Source of the DNA: an uncultured SAR86 cluster bacterium
Lineage (GTDB): Bacteria > Pseudomonadota > Gammaproteobacteria > Magnimaribacterales > TMED112
Assembly (NCBI GenBank): GCA_902535365.1
Contig: CACATF010000001.1
Span: 241-64,240 of the forward strand
Reading direction: 5' to 3'
DNA: 64,000 bases
Made by a program: the position numbers and the translations under genes. The notes under the pieces are model-generated. The model searched no databases. It was not told where the DNA came from and saw only the letters and a program-made list of their open reading frames with translations. This document shows, one piece after another, positions 40,087 through 50,536 of the stretch. The stretch's first letter is position 1. Each line of letters starts with the position of its first letter.

Positions 40087-41208
40087 CTATTTTACATCTA
40101 ATGCCTCAATAGAAGGAAGGGTTGATCCACTTAAATACTCTAAAAAAGCCCCTCCTGCTGTTGAAACATAATGAAAATTACTCATATTTGAAAATTTATT
40201 AATTGCAAAAATTGTTTCACCGCCACCAGCAATAACATTTGAATTAGATTTAGCCAGATATGAGACAAGATCTCTAGTACCTTTTGCAAAAAGATCATTT
40301 TCAAAAATACCTAAAGGCCCATTCCAGATAATCATTTCCTGAGCAGCTGATTCCATTTCTTCCTTATTGAACTCTATATCTAAGATCATATCTTCTGGCA
40401 TAACATCATTTACAGATACACGTCTCACTTCATTAGAATCAAGACTGTTAGCAACATAAACCTCATTAGGCAAGATGATCTTATTTGTTGACAACATCTC
40501 TGACGCTGTCCCAACCATATCATCTTCACATAGTGAATTGCCTATTTCGTATCCTGCTGCTTTTAAAAATGTATTTGCTATACCACCGCCAACCATAACT
40601 TTTTGTGATTTAAGCAATAGGTTTTTAATGACTTCGAGTTTAGTTGAAACTTTTGCTCCACCCACAACACTCACCAAGCTACCCTTATGTTCAAGCGCAG
40701 AGCTTATATTTAAAACCTCGTTTGCAAACAATAGCCCTGCGCAAGATTGCTCAGATTTAAGAATAGCTCCATAAGTACTAGCTGATTTTCTGTGAGCGGT
40801 GGCAAAGGCATCCATCACATAAACTTCAAAAGAGCTTGCAATCAGATTTGATAAAGAATCGTCATTTCCTTTCTCTCCAACCAAGAATCTAGAATTCTCA
40901 ACCATGCATAGCCCATCCGGAACCTGGTCAAAATTTGAAATAAATTGAATGTCTCTGTTAAGAGCCTTACAAAACCAATCGCATACAGGCTTTAATGATA
41001 GCTCAGAATTATAGACGCCCTCATCAGGACGACCAAAATGACTAATAATAGTTACTGACTCTGTTTTATTTAGAACATATTGGATTGTTGGCAGTGCGGC
41101 TTTAAGCCTCTCATCACTTTGAATTTCACCATTTTTAACAGGCACATTGAGATCAAGCCTGATTCCAACCTTTTTATTAGAAAGGTCAATATCTGATAGG
41201 AGTTTCAT
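40087..41208 (-). CDS. pgk: phosphoglycerate kinase
   Basis: [38 protein letters not shown]. Confidence 0.93.
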   Translation of the reverse strand: MKLLSDIDLSNKKVGIRLDLNVPVKNGEIQSDERLKAALPTIQYVLNKTESVTIISHFGRPDEGVYNSELSLKPVCDWFCKALNRDIQFISNFDQVPDGLCMVENSRFLVGEKGNDDSLSNLIASSFEVYVMDAFATAHRKSASTYGAILKSEQSCAGLLFANEVLNISSALEHKGSLVSVVGGAKVSTKLEVIKNLLLKSQKVMVGGGIANTFLKAAGYEIGNSLCEDDMVGTASEMLSTNKIILPNEVYVANSLDSNEVRRVSVNDVMPEDMILDIEFNKEEMESAAQEMIIWNGPLGIFENDLFAKGTRDLVSYLAKSNSNVIAGGGETIFAINKFSNMSNFHYVSTAGGAFLEYLSGSTLPSIEALDVK

Positions 41209-43166
41209 ATTATTTCTTTTACCTTTTGCGCGACTTTATCAGGGCTAAAGCCAAAATGATCAAGCAAAACATCTCCTTTGCCTGATTCGCCAAAAGAAGA
41301 AATTCCAATGACATTGTTTGTATGCTCATACCAAGACATTGGATGAGAACATTCGATCACAATATTGGTCTTGTTGTTATCAAAAATTTTGTTATAAGCA
41401 TCCTTATTTGTCTTTAGAGTCTCAATACAAGGGACGCTTGCAACACTGCATAAAATATCTTCCTTCATAAGTGTCTCTGCAGCAGCTATTGCTGTTGCTA
41501 CCTCTGATCCTGTCGCAATTAAATTAATTTTTGCCTCATCTCTTTTTTCAACAAAATAACCACCTAAACAGATTTCACTTATATTTGAGTTGTTAAAATA
41601 GTTGAGATTTTGTCTTGAGAGAATTAATGATGATGGCCCATCTTTGCGTTTAACAGATGATTGCCATGCTATTGCTGTTTCAAGTAAATTTGCTGGACGC
41701 CATGTATGCATATTTGGAGTAGCTCTGAGTGTTGTAAGATGTTCTATTGGTTGGTGTGTTGGGCCGTCTTCTCCCAAAGCCACTGAGTCATGAGAGAATA
41801 CATAAATTGTTCTTATTCCCATCAGGGCCGACATCCTTACAGCATTACGACCGTAGTCCATAAACACTAGAAAGGTTCCTGCATATGGAATTATTCCCCC
41901 ATGCAATGCCATGCCATTCATCACAGCATTCATACCAAACTCTCGCACGCCGTAATAGATGTAGTTTCCAGAAAAATCATCAGAAAGCGCAACAGAAGCT
42001 TTTGTATTGGTATTATTTGAGCCAGTCAGATCGGCTGAACCGCCAATCATTTCTGGCAATAATTCTGTCATTCTTTCCAAAACAATTTGAGAAGCTTTTC
42101 TTGATGCAACTGAATCAGTGTTTGAGCTTAGCTCATCCAAAAACGCATCAAATTTTGTGTCAAAGTCTTTGGGCAACTCGTTGTTTACAAGCCTATCAAA
42201 CAATTCTGCTTTGCTTGGATTAGCATTTCTTAACTCAGCACATTCTTCTTCCCAATCCAGCTCAAGCTGCTTACCCTTTTCTACTGCATTCCAATCTTTA
42301 TAAATTTCATCAGGAATTTCGAAAGGCTCGTAATCCCAGTTAAGATTGGATCTTAACTTTGACAATATTTCAGCACCAAGAGCAGCGCCATGAGAAGATG
42401 CGCTATCTTGCTTACTGTCAGCACCATAACCAATGGAGGTTTTGCAAACGATCATTGTTGGTTTTGTTGATTCTTTTGCTTGCTCAATAGCTTGATTAAT
42501 TGCATTTCGATCATGCCCATCAACGTTATCAATTACGTTCCAGTTATATGATTTACATCTAAGAGCAATATCGTCTTGGTACCATGAATCTATTTCTCCA
42601 TCAATTGATATTCCATTGCTGTCATAGAAGCAGATCAGTTTGTTTAGTTTCAATACTCCTGCTAAAGACATTGCCTCATGTGATATTCCTTCCATTAGAC
42701 AACCATCACCCAAGAAGCAATATGTAAAATGATCAATTACTTTCACATGTTCAGAGTTAATTTTTGATGCAAGATTTTTTTCAGCAATAGCCAAACCTAC
42801 TGCATTAGCTATGCCCTGTCCTAAGGGCCCCGTAGTAGTTTCAACTCCAGCTGTTATGCCATACTCAGGATGTCCAGGAGTTTTAGATCCAAGCTGTCTG
42901 AAGTCTTTTAAGTCCTCAATACTAAGATCATACCCGCTAAGATGAAGCAAGCTGTAAAGAAGCATCGAACCATGTCCATTTGACAAAACAAATCGATCCC
43001 TATTAAACCAACTTGGATTTGAGGGAGAGTGGTTTAGATGATCACGCCATAATACTTCTGCAATATCAGCCATACCTAATGGCATACCAGGATGTCCAGA
43101 ATTAGCCCTTTCTACACTATCAGCAGATAAAAAACGAAGAGCATTAACTGTATTATTTGTAATCAA
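41205..43166 (-). CDS. tkt: transketolase
   Basis: NSGHPGMPLGMADI, GDGCLMEGISHEA, GEDGPTHQPIEH. Confidence 0.96.
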   Translation of the reverse strand: MITNNTVNALRFLSADSVERANSGHPGMPLGMADIAEVLWRDHLNHSPSNPSWFNRDRFVLSNGHGSMLLYSLLHLSGYDLSIEDLKDFRQLGSKTPGHPEYGITAGVETTTGPLGQGIANAVGLAIAEKNLASKINSEHVKVIDHFTYCFLGDGCLMEGISHEAMSLAGVLKLNKLICFYDSNGISIDGEIDSWYQDDIALRCKSYNWNVIDNVDGHDRNAINQAIEQAKESTKPTMIVCKTSIGYGADSKQDSASSHGAALGAEILSKLRSNLNWDYEPFEIPDEIYKDWNAVEKGKQLELDWEEECAELRNANPSKAELFDRLVNNELPKDFDTKFDAFLDELSSNTDSVASRKASQIVLERMTELLPEMIGGSADLTGSNNTNTKASVALSDDFSGNYIYYGVREFGMNAVMNGMALHGGIIPYAGTFLVFMDYGRNAVRMSALMGIRTIYVFSHDSVALGEDGPTHQPIEHLTTLRATPNMHTWRPANLLETAIAWQSSVKRKDGPSSLILSRQNLNYFNNSNISEICLGGYFVEKRDEAKINLIATGSEVATAIAAAETLMKEDILCSVASVPCIETLKTNKDAYNKIFDNNKTNIVIECSHPMSWYEHTNNVIGISSFGESGKGDVLLDHFGFSPDKVAQKVKEII

Positions 43167-43246
43167 TTTAGAGTATTTGTTATCACAATTATATAATTCA
43201 ATTTAGGCTTTTAGGCATAATATTAAATTTATTTACAGGAAAATAA

Positions 43247-43960
43247 TTGAAAACGATCACATTTAACAAAATGCATGCAAATGGTAATGATTTTTTGATT
43301 ACCGATGATCGAGAAATTCTTAACCAACCAATTCAAAAGCTTTCTAACAGAAAAACAGGAGTTGGATTTGATCAGCTGCTTTTCTTTGACAAAGAAATAC
43401 AGTCTGTGCAAATTTTTAATGCCGATGGATCAAAAGCAAAGAGCTGTTTCAATGGTCTGCGATGTGTTGCAAAACTATATGATTTAAATAACTTTCAATT
43501 AGAACTGTTTGGGAGAAGTCTTATTTTAAATTCTGATGGTTCGGTTCAATCAAAACACCCAGCCATCTTACATGATGACACCTTTGCATATCTTGATATA
43601 GGCAATAAGCATGTCGTTGTGCATGTTAAAGACATACATAATACCAACCTAGTTGTGCTTTATGATAAGTATCAAGAATATGTAAAAACTTTGAAATTAG
43701 ATATAGATTTTAATCTTAATGTTTATGAAGAAGTAAATAATTACTATCAGATAAGAACCTTTGAAAATGGGGTTGGTGAAACCTTGTCTTGTGGCACTGG
43801 AACCTCAGCAACTGCATTCATGATTTATAAGCAACTAGACAAGAAAACGATAAAATTTTTATCTAAAGGCGGTGAAACAACAATTAATATTTGTAATGAT
43901 TATTTAATCTCAAAAGCAAAAGCTGAAATTTCTTTTCAAGGAGAGCTGTCAGGTGGATGA
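43247..43960 (+). CDS. dapF: diaminopimelate epimerase (short, 237 aa)
   Basis: TTG start. [13 protein letters not shown]. Both catalytic Cys contexts are present ([27 protein letters not shown]). Confidence 0.88.
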   Translation: MKTITFNKMHANGNDFLITDDREILNQPIQKLSNRKTGVGFDQLLFFDKEIQSVQIFNADGSKAKSCFNGLRCVAKLYDLNNFQLELFGRSLILNSDGSVQSKHPAILHDDTFAYLDIGNKHVVVHVKDIHNTNLVVLYDKYQEYVKTLKLDIDFNLNVYEEVNNYYQIRTFENGVGETLSCGTGTSATAFMIYKQLDKKTIKFLSKGGETTINICNDYLISKAKAEISFQGELSGG

Positions 43961-44828
43961 AATAAGACAGCAACTATCTCAATTTCTAAAAGTTAAAAAC
44001 TATTCTGTCCATACTATTACAAACTACCAAAGAGACATTTCAAGATTTTTAAATTTCATAGATTCACAGGGGTTTAATTTTAAACAACTAGCAACAAACC
44101 AAATCTCTCAATGGATAATTTTTTTAAGAAAGCTTGGATTGGGCAATCGCTCAATTCAAAGGAATATTTCATCTTTAAAAAACTTCTATCAATATATGTT
44201 TAAAAATGGTTTTTTATCGTCCAATCCATTCGAAGGTGTTGTGTCTCCAAAAATTAATGACTCCTTACCAAAAGCACTTAGCCCAGAAGATGTAAACAAA
44301 TTGCTCTCATTTGAACCGAAAACTATTTTTGATTTCAGAGATAAGGCTTTTTTAGAACTACTCTACTCCTCTGGCCTTCGTGTTTCGGAAGCGATAAGTG
44401 TAAACCTTTCTTCATTTGAATCAGACTTCACTTTTGTTCGCGTAGTTGGAAAGGGCAACAAAGAGAGAATGTTGCCTGTTGGAAAGTATGCAAAATATGC
44501 CATTCAAAAATGGCTTGATATTAGGGAAGTTTCTGCAGATAAAGATGTTCTGTTTACTAATAAGTTTGGCAAGCGTATTACAGCAAGAGCAATGCAAGAG
44601 CGTCTTTATAACTTGTCGTTGCGACAAGGAATGTCACCAGTAAATCCTCACATGCTTAGACATAGTTTTGCGACTCATTTGTTGGAATCGAGTGGAGATT
44701 TACGATCCATTCAAGAAATGCTTGGGCACAGCAGCTTGAGTACAACTCAAATTTACACTAAATTAAACTTCCAACAGTTAGCAAAGATTTACGACAACTC
44801 ACACCCTCATGCCAAGAAAGAAAATTAA
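43953..44828 (+). CDS. xerC: tyrosine recombinase XerC
   Basis: Catalytic RHSFATHLL...[13 protein letters not shown]. dapF-xerC-yigB synteny indicates the chromosome-dimer resolvase rather than a phage integrase. Confidence 0.88.
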   Translation: MDEIRQQLSQFLKVKNYSVHTITNYQRDISRFLNFIDSQGFNFKQLATNQISQWIIFLRKLGLGNRSIQRNISSLKNFYQYMFKNGFLSSNPFEGVVSPKINDSLPKALSPEDVNKLLSFEPKTIFDFRDKAFLELLYSSGLRVSEAISVNLSSFESDFTFVRVVGKGNKERMLPVGKYAKYAIQKWLDIREVSADKDVLFTNKFGKRITARAMQERLYNLSLRQGMSPVNPHMLRHSFATHLLESSGDLRSIQEMLGHSSLSTTQIYTKLNFQQLAKIYDNSHPHAKKEN

Positions 44829-45537
44829 ACTTATCACCTTAGATTTAGACGATACTGTTTGGCCAAATCATAAAGTTATTCTTGATGCTGAAAAAACCTT
44901 ATGGATGTATGTAAAAAATAAAACTACTAGCCTGGATGAGGGATTTGGTGAAAAAGAAATTAACAAAATAAGGCTAGAGCTTCTTGAAAAAGACCCGTTA
45001 ATTAAATTTGATTTAACAAGGTTTAGGAAAGAAATAGTACGAGAGATTTTTTTACAGGATGGCAAAGATGATGCTGAAGCAAATTATTATAGCAACGAAG
45101 CTTTTTCAGAATTCTTTAAAGTAAGAAACAAGGTACACCTATATAAAGATGCAAAATTAGGTTTAGAGAGACTAAGCCGAAAAACTATGGTTGGGTCATT
45201 ATCAAATGGCAATGCTGATCTTAACATTATAGGAATTTCTAGTTATTTTTCTTTTAGTGTTATTTCAAGCGACGTAAATAGTAATAAGCCGTCACCAGGC
45301 CATTTCCTAAAAGCTCTTGAGATAGCAAAATGTGATGCTAGTGAAGCCCTGCATATCGGAGATTGTCCAGTAAATGATGTCGGTGGGGCAAGAAATTGTA
45401 ATTTTAATACCATATGGTTTAATTGTGATAGAAAAAAGTGGGATGAGATATTCCCTTGTGAGCTTCAAGCCAAAAACTGGAAAGAGCTCAATGAAGTAAT
45501 TAATAAAAATTTTTTATTGGAGAAAAATAATGTTTAA
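44809..45537 (+). CDS. HAD-superfamily phosphatase, YigB-like
   Basis: [10 protein letters not shown] (DxD), [22 protein letters not shown]. Follows xerC, as in E. coli. Confidence 0.75.
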   Translation: MPRKKIKLITLDLDDTVWPNHKVILDAEKTLWMYVKNKTTSLDEGFGEKEINKIRLELLEKDPLIKFDLTRFRKEIVREIFLQDGKDDAEANYYSNEAFSEFFKVRNKVHLYKDAKLGLERLSRKTMVGSLSNGNADLNIIGISSYFSFSVISSDVNSNKPSPGHFLKALEIAKCDASEALHIGDCPVNDVGGARNCNFNTIWFNCDRKKWDEIFPCELQAKNWKELNEVINKNFLLEKNNV

Positions 45538-45706
45538 TCCATTTGGAATGGGAAAAGATTTGAAGGGCATGGAAAAAATGGTAAAGCCTGCACTTGAAAA
45601 ATTCATGAAAGAATCAGGTTTTGTTAAGCAAGATGTGTTAGACAAAGCCATTGAAAGAATTGAATCCCTCGAAAGAAAAGTATCTGACTTAGAAAGAAGA
45701 TTTTAA
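45530..45706 (+). CDS. 58-aa coiled-coil ORF, UbiK/YqiC (BMFP)-like candidate (not in ORF track)
   Basis: [58 protein letters not shown]. The C-terminal half resembles the UbiK pattern (LDLVSREEFD...LE.R...LE). The ATG overlaps the end of the yigB-like gene. Confidence 0.45.
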   Translation: MFNPFGMGKDLKGMEKMVKPALEKFMKESGFVKQDVLDKAIERIESLERKVSDLERRF

Positions 45707-46110
45707 TTAACAGTCAGACTATCAAGCATGTACTGAACTGATCTTTCGATTTCTTCAAGCGAACAGTCCATGCAAAGCCCTTTAGCAGGCATAGCATTGT
45801 ATCCGTTGTATGCATTGTTTGTTAAAGTCTCTAACCCTTTCTCTAGCCTGCCTTCCCACTGCGCTTGGTTTGCAAGCATAGGTGCTCCTGCTAAACCCGC
45901 TGTATGACAAGCTGCACAACCAAGATTATAGACAGCTTCTCCTGTTCTTCCTGCAGCCACGGACTCAGATGCATCGGAATCAGATGCCATAGTTACCATT
46001 GGTTTGTTCTTTAACAAACCTAATCTTTTTCTAACTTCATCTTCGTAGGAGTCTGAAAGAAACTCTTGAGAGAAAAGTAAAACCAAAAGTGTGCTTATAA
46101 GTTTTTTCAT
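45703..46110 (-). CDS. cytochrome c5 family protein
   Basis: Signal peptide, CAACH heme site, GAPMLANQAQW, MPAKGLCMDCS. Confidence 0.88.
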   Translation of the reverse strand: MKKLISTLLVLLFSQEFLSDSYEDEVRKRLGLLKNKPMVTMASDSDASESVAAGRTGEAVYNLGCAACHTAGLAGAPMLANQAQWEGRLEKGLETLTNNAYNGYNAMPAKGLCMDCSLEEIERSVQYMLDSLTVN

Positions 46111-46147
46111 TGCTTTAATTTATTGTTCCAATTTTAAATAATTCAAC

Positions 46148-46744
46148 CTATCTATCGTAAAGATAGAACATATTTTGAATGTTTAGTTCAGTGTCTCTGG
46201 TCCTATTTAATTTATATTTGCCGTTAATGACAACTGTTGGCACCCCACTAAATACTCCTGAGTTGCCAAGGTTATTGACCAATCGAGTAGCATTTTTTGC
46301 TTTAATGCCAACACTAAAAGAGCTATACATAGTCATAAATTTTTCTTCGTCATACCCATATTTTCTGGCAAATGATTGTATGTCTCTGCTTGATCTTATT
46401 GGCTTTCTGTCGATCTGGTAATACTTATAAACATTCATATGACCTTCATCTCCCAATCCCAATGCTTGAATGGTGTAATAAAGCCTAGCAAGCATTTCAC
46501 CGCCAGCTGGTATTTGATTGATAATTATGTCTGGTCTTCTTTTTTTCATCTCTAGCACTGTTTGCTCGAAACCGTAACAAGCCGGGCACCAGTAGCCGAA
46601 TACTTCAGTAATACCTGGTTCAGTAATTAAACCTTCTGGGATTCTTTCGTAATCTCTGCCTGCCTGCGGCTGTGCAAATATTGAGCCTGCAGCAAATAGT
46701 AAAAACGCTAATTTAGCTAATTGTGAAAGTATTGAGTTATTCAT
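46148..46744 (-). CDS. dsbA: thiol:disulfide interchange protein DsbA
   Basis: Signal peptide from the ATG at 46744. Active site FGYWCPACYGFE. GVPTVVINGKY. Confidence 0.88.
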   Translation of the reverse strand: MNNSILSQLAKLAFLLFAAGSIFAQPQAGRDYERIPEGLITEPGITEVFGYWCPACYGFEQTVLEMKKRRPDIIINQIPAGGEMLARLYYTIQALGLGDEGHMNVYKYYQIDRKPIRSSRDIQSFARKYGYDEEKFMTMYSSFSVGIKAKNATRLVNNLGNSGVFSGVPTVVINGKYKLNRTRDTELNIQNMFYLYDR

Positions 46745-46784
46745 GAGTGAATGATTATATAACAACTTATATATAATTAAATCT

Positions 46785-47366
46785 ATGAAAGCTAAATTTA
46801 ATTTTCTTCCTTTGGCCTTTTTTACTAGTGCTGCACAGTATGATCAATGTCCTGATGGTCAATTTAAAGAAATAGCTTTTGTAGGTGCATCAAACGCAGG
46901 CAAATCTTCAGCTATTAATGCTCTTTCCAATAATAAAAAACTAGCAAAAATAAGCAAAACTCCCGGGAAAACTAAATTGTTTAATTTTTTTAAATGTGGG
47001 AAAGGTTATATCGTCGATTTTCCAGGCTATGGATTTTCAAAAGTGTCAAAAACCCAAAAAAAAGAATGGTTTAAAGAGATCCCGCAATATTTTGAGAAAA
47101 GAGAAAATCTTGAGCACGTTATTCTTTTCACAGATGCCAGACATCCAATGAGAGACCAGGATGTTGGTATGGCCGAAATGCTATTTGATTTAAATATTCC
47201 ATTTAAAATTGTTTTAACTAAATCAGATAAGCTCAAAGACAAAGACAAACAGCAATTAGTTAAAAGTTTTGAGGAGATTTACCCAGAATTTATGCTTTTT
47301 TCAATAGATGACAAAGAAAGCATTGCCTCACTAGGCAAATTTATTAATGGGCTTCTCTCCAATTAG
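46785..47366 (+). CDS. engB: ribosome biogenesis GTP-binding protein YihA/EngB
   Basis: FVGASNAGKSSAINAL, DFPGYGF, LTKSDK. Adjacent to polA, as in E. coli. Confidence 0.92.
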   Translation: MKAKFNFLPLAFFTSAAQYDQCPDGQFKEIAFVGASNAGKSSAINALSNNKKLAKISKTPGKTKLFNFFKCGKGYIVDFPGYGFSKVSKTQKKEWFKEIPQYFEKRENLEHVILFTDARHPMRDQDVGMAEMLFDLNIPFKIVLTKSDKLKDKDKQQLVKSFEEIYPEFMLFSIDDKESIASLGKFINGLLSN

Positions 47367-50001
47367 AGCCAAAACCATACTCTGCTTTTAAGGGCACATT
47401 TATTTCTGTTGATTGTTCCATTAATTTAATTATTGGTTCAATATTTTCTTCTCCATAGGAGTCTGGAACCTCAAAAATTAATTCATCATGTACTTGTAGT
47501 ATCATCTTTATCTCTTGATCGTTACCTTCAATCCATTTTGCAATTTTGATCATCGCAATTTTAATAATATCAGCCGCACTTCCCTGCAATGGACCATTAA
47601 TAGCCGCTCGCTCAGACGCTTGTCTCATTAAATAGTTTGATGACTCTATGTTGGGCACATGTATTTTTCTTCCATGTAGCGTCTCTACATATTTCTTGCC
47701 CTTTGCATCCTCTACAATATTCTTCATAAAAGCACTAACACCTGAGTATCGATCAAAATAACTTTCCAGAAATATATCAGCCTCAGCTCGCGTGACTGAA
47801 AGTTGATTAGAAAGCCCGAATGCGCTCATACCATACAAGAGTCCAAAGTTAATTGTTTTAGCCTTTCGCCTCATATCATCATCTACATCCTGAATGTCTA
47901 CGCCAAATATTTCAGATGCTGTTCTTTTGTGTATGTCTTCATTGTTGTTGAATGATTTAACCATGATCTCATCATTTGAATAATGGGCCATAAGCCTTAA
48001 CTCTATTTGAGAGTAATCAATTGCTAAGAGCTTCTTGCCCTTGGGGGCAATAAAAGCCTCTCTAATTACAATCCCATCCTTTGTTCTAATTGGTATATTT
48101 TGGAGGTTTGGGTCGGACGAAGAAAGCCTTCCGGTCGACGTTACTGCTTGATGGTATGAGGTGTGCACACGCGAGCCAAGATCACATATTTCTGATAATT
48201 TGTCTGTATAAGTGCTCTTGAGTTTTGCAAGTGTTCTGTATTCCAGTATGTCTTTAATTATTTCATTTTCATCAGCTAATTTTTGCAAGACTGCCTCTGA
48301 TGTTGAATAGTATCCGCTTGATGTTTTCTTTAATCCTTTAGTCTCAATACCCATCTTATCGAAAAGAACTTCGCTTAATTGTTTCGGGGAATCAATATTA
48401 AACACCACCCCTGAATGTTTATGAATTTTCTGCACTAGATTAATTAATTTAGACCCAAAATTATTAGACAAGCTATTTAAGTGCTTGATATCAATTAGTG
48501 CGCCGGTAGCTTCCATCTCCATGAGTACAAAAATCATTGGGTATTCAATTTCTCGCAACATTTTTGTGGTTTTATCATCAATTTTTGTCTCAAATGTTCT
48601 GTATAGCTGCAGAGTAATGTCTGCATCCTCAGCTGCGTAGTTTGTTGCTTCTTTAATTGGTACTTCACTAAAATTTTTAAGCTTATTTTTTCCTTTGCCC
48701 ATTACATCTTCAAATTTAATTGTCTTGATATTCAAATAGTATTCAGCCAGAGCATCTAAGTTGTGTCGGGACGCTGTGCTGTTTATTGAATAGGACATCA
48801 GCATTGTATCTGCATAAAACCTTTTAATATTAATTTGATGATTTCTTAATACTTGCAAATCATATTTAAGGTTTTGTCCAATAACTTTATCTTGGCTTGC
48901 TTCAATAATTTGCTTTAGCCATCTAAGAGCTTCATCTCTTGAAATTGCGGTTTTTTCTTGATGAGCAATTGGCAAGTAGTATCCAGAATTAGCTTCAAAT
49001 GAAAATGAAACACCTACAAGCTCAGCTTCAAGAGAATCAATAGATGTTGTTTCGGTATCAAATGCAAAGCATTTTGATTCGTGTATAAGGTTTTCAATCA
49101 TTGAAAGGTCATCAATGCTTTTAAGAGTTCTGTACTCTACAACTTTTTTTTCAGCCTGTTCCTCAGTGACAAAGGCATTGAATTCAAGCACTTTAAAAAA
49201 ATCTTGTAGCCCCTTATTAGATTGCTCTGGAACTTTAATTTCATCAATTTGCAAATCAAAGCTTAAGTCTTTCTTTAAAGACACAAGAAATAAATTTCTT
49301 TTAAGGAAATCTTTTTCATTTCTTAAGTTTTCGCCCACAACTCCTGTAACCTCGTCTGCATGTTTTAGCAAATTATCCAGACTTCCATGCTGATTGAGCC
49401 ATTTAGCTGCAGTTTTGTTGCCAACTTTAGTAATGCCTGGAATATTGTCAGCTTTATCACCTACCAAAGCCAATAATTCTGAAATCTGATTAGGGCTAAC
49501 TCCAAACTTTTCCAAAACGTACTCTTCATTAAAGAATTCATTAGACATTGAGTTATGTTGAATAATGTTATTTGTGACTAATTGGGTTAGATCTTTGTCT
49601 GGTGATGAAATTAAGATTTTTTTATCTTTTCCAAACTTTTCTGCGAGTGTTGCAATCACATCATCTGCCTCAACACCGACAACTTCTTCAATAGAAAAAC
49701 AGAATAGCTCTGAAAGTTTTTTTATATCATCAATTTGAACTCTAAGTTCATTTGGCATTGGAGGTCTATTTTTTTTATAAGGCTCATAATAGTCATTTCT
49801 AAAGTTAGGCCCCTTAGCATCGAAAACCATAACCATTGGCACCCCTGGATAAGTTGAAATAAGCTTTCTAATCATGGACGCAAACCCCCTGGTTGCTCCA
49901 GTTGGTTTGCCTTCTTTAGTTGTTAGTGGGGGCAAGGCATGAAATGCTCTATAGATATATGATGTGCCATCAATTAATATTAAGTCGGGTCTAAAAATCA
50001 T
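47344..50001 (-). CDS. polA: DNA polymerase I
   Basis: 885 aa. 5'-nuclease N-terminus (LILIDGTSYIYRAFHA), 3'-5' exonuclease domain (FDTETTS) and polymerase motifs (DYSQIELR, QVHDELIFE). Ends SNWREAH. Confidence 0.97.
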   Translation of the reverse strand: MIFRPDLILIDGTSYIYRAFHALPPLTTKEGKPTGATRGFASMIRKLISTYPGVPMVMVFDAKGPNFRNDYYEPYKKNRPPMPNELRVQIDDIKKLSELFCFSIEEVVGVEADDVIATLAEKFGKDKKILISSPDKDLTQLVTNNIIQHNSMSNEFFNEEYVLEKFGVSPNQISELLALVGDKADNIPGITKVGNKTAAKWLNQHGSLDNLLKHADEVTGVVGENLRNEKDFLKRNLFLVSLKKDLSFDLQIDEIKVPEQSNKGLQDFFKVLEFNAFVTEEQAEKKVVEYRTLKSIDDLSMIENLIHESKCFAFDTETTSIDSLEAELVGVSFSFEANSGYYLPIAHQEKTAISRDEALRWLKQIIEASQDKVIGQNLKYDLQVLRNHQINIKRFYADTMLMSYSINSTASRHNLDALAEYYLNIKTIKFEDVMGKGKNKLKNFSEVPIKEATNYAAEDADITLQLYRTFETKIDDKTTKMLREIEYPMIFVLMEMEATGALIDIKHLNSLSNNFGSKLINLVQKIHKHSGVVFNIDSPKQLSEVLFDKMGIETKGLKKTSSGYYSTSEAVLQKLADENEIIKDILEYRTLAKLKSTYTDKLSEICDLGSRVHTSYHQAVTSTGRLSSSDPNLQNIPIRTKDGIVIREAFIAPKGKKLLAIDYSQIELRLMAHYSNDEIMVKSFNNNEDIHKRTASEIFGVDIQDVDDDMRRKAKTINFGLLYGMSAFGLSNQLSVTRAEADIFLESYFDRYSGVSAFMKNIVEDAKGKKYVETLHGRKIHVPNIESSNYLMRQASERAAINGPLQGSAADIIKIAMIKIAKWIEGNDQEIKMILQVHDELIFEVPDSYGEENIEPIIKLMEQSTEINVPLKAEYGFGSNWREAH

Positions 50002-50026
50002 TTAACTTTCTATATAATACTTAATT

Positions 50027-50530
50027 GTGAAAACAATAATTCAATATTATTCAGATTTTATCATTACTGCATCAGCTGGTTTTGTCGTTCTGGCCCAATA
50101 TTATCTAGAAAATATTGAGGGGCTAGTTCCCTGCAACTTATGCATTGTTCAAACTATGTGTGCTAGAGGAATTTTCTTGATATATCTTTTAAAAATTCTG
50201 GCTCCAAATTTAAAATGGCTATTTGATGTTGTTGGTGTCCCTGTTTTTTTTACAGGAATTGCTGCAAGCGGACGACAAATATATCTCCAAAACCTTCCTG
50301 CTGATCAGTTGTCAGGTGGTTATTGTGATATTCCTTTTTATCTTATTTTTGAGATGTACTCGTTTTTTGAAGGAGTGGGAAAAGTCTTTCAAGGTAGTGC
50401 AAAATGTGCGGAAGAATCATGGTTCTTTCTTGGGCTTAACATTGCTGAGTGGTCAATGATATTTTTTGCTTCAATGATTGTATTATTGTTGTTAAGATAC
50501 AGTTTATTAATTTTTAAGGGCCAAAAATAA
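50027..50530 (+). CDS. dsbB: disulfide bond formation protein DsbB
   Basis: GTG start. Four TM segments. First-loop CNLC (CxxC) and a second periplasmic Cys pair. Confidence 0.85.
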   Translation: MKTIIQYYSDFIITASAGFVVLAQYYLENIEGLVPCNLCIVQTMCARGIFLIYLLKILAPNLKWLFDVVGVPVFFTGIAASGRQIYLQNLPADQLSGGYCDIPFYLIFEMYSFFEGVGKVFQGSAKCAEESWFFLGLNIAEWSMIFFASMIVLLLLRYSLLIFKGQK

Positions 50531-50536
50531 ATTTCA

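Noticed and set aside
43953-44828. A tyrosine recombinase that could mark an integrated mobile element.
   Set aside because: It is embedded with overlaps in the conserved dapF-xerC-yigB arrangement. There are no flanking repeats, tRNA target or cargo genes. It is the housekeeping XerC.
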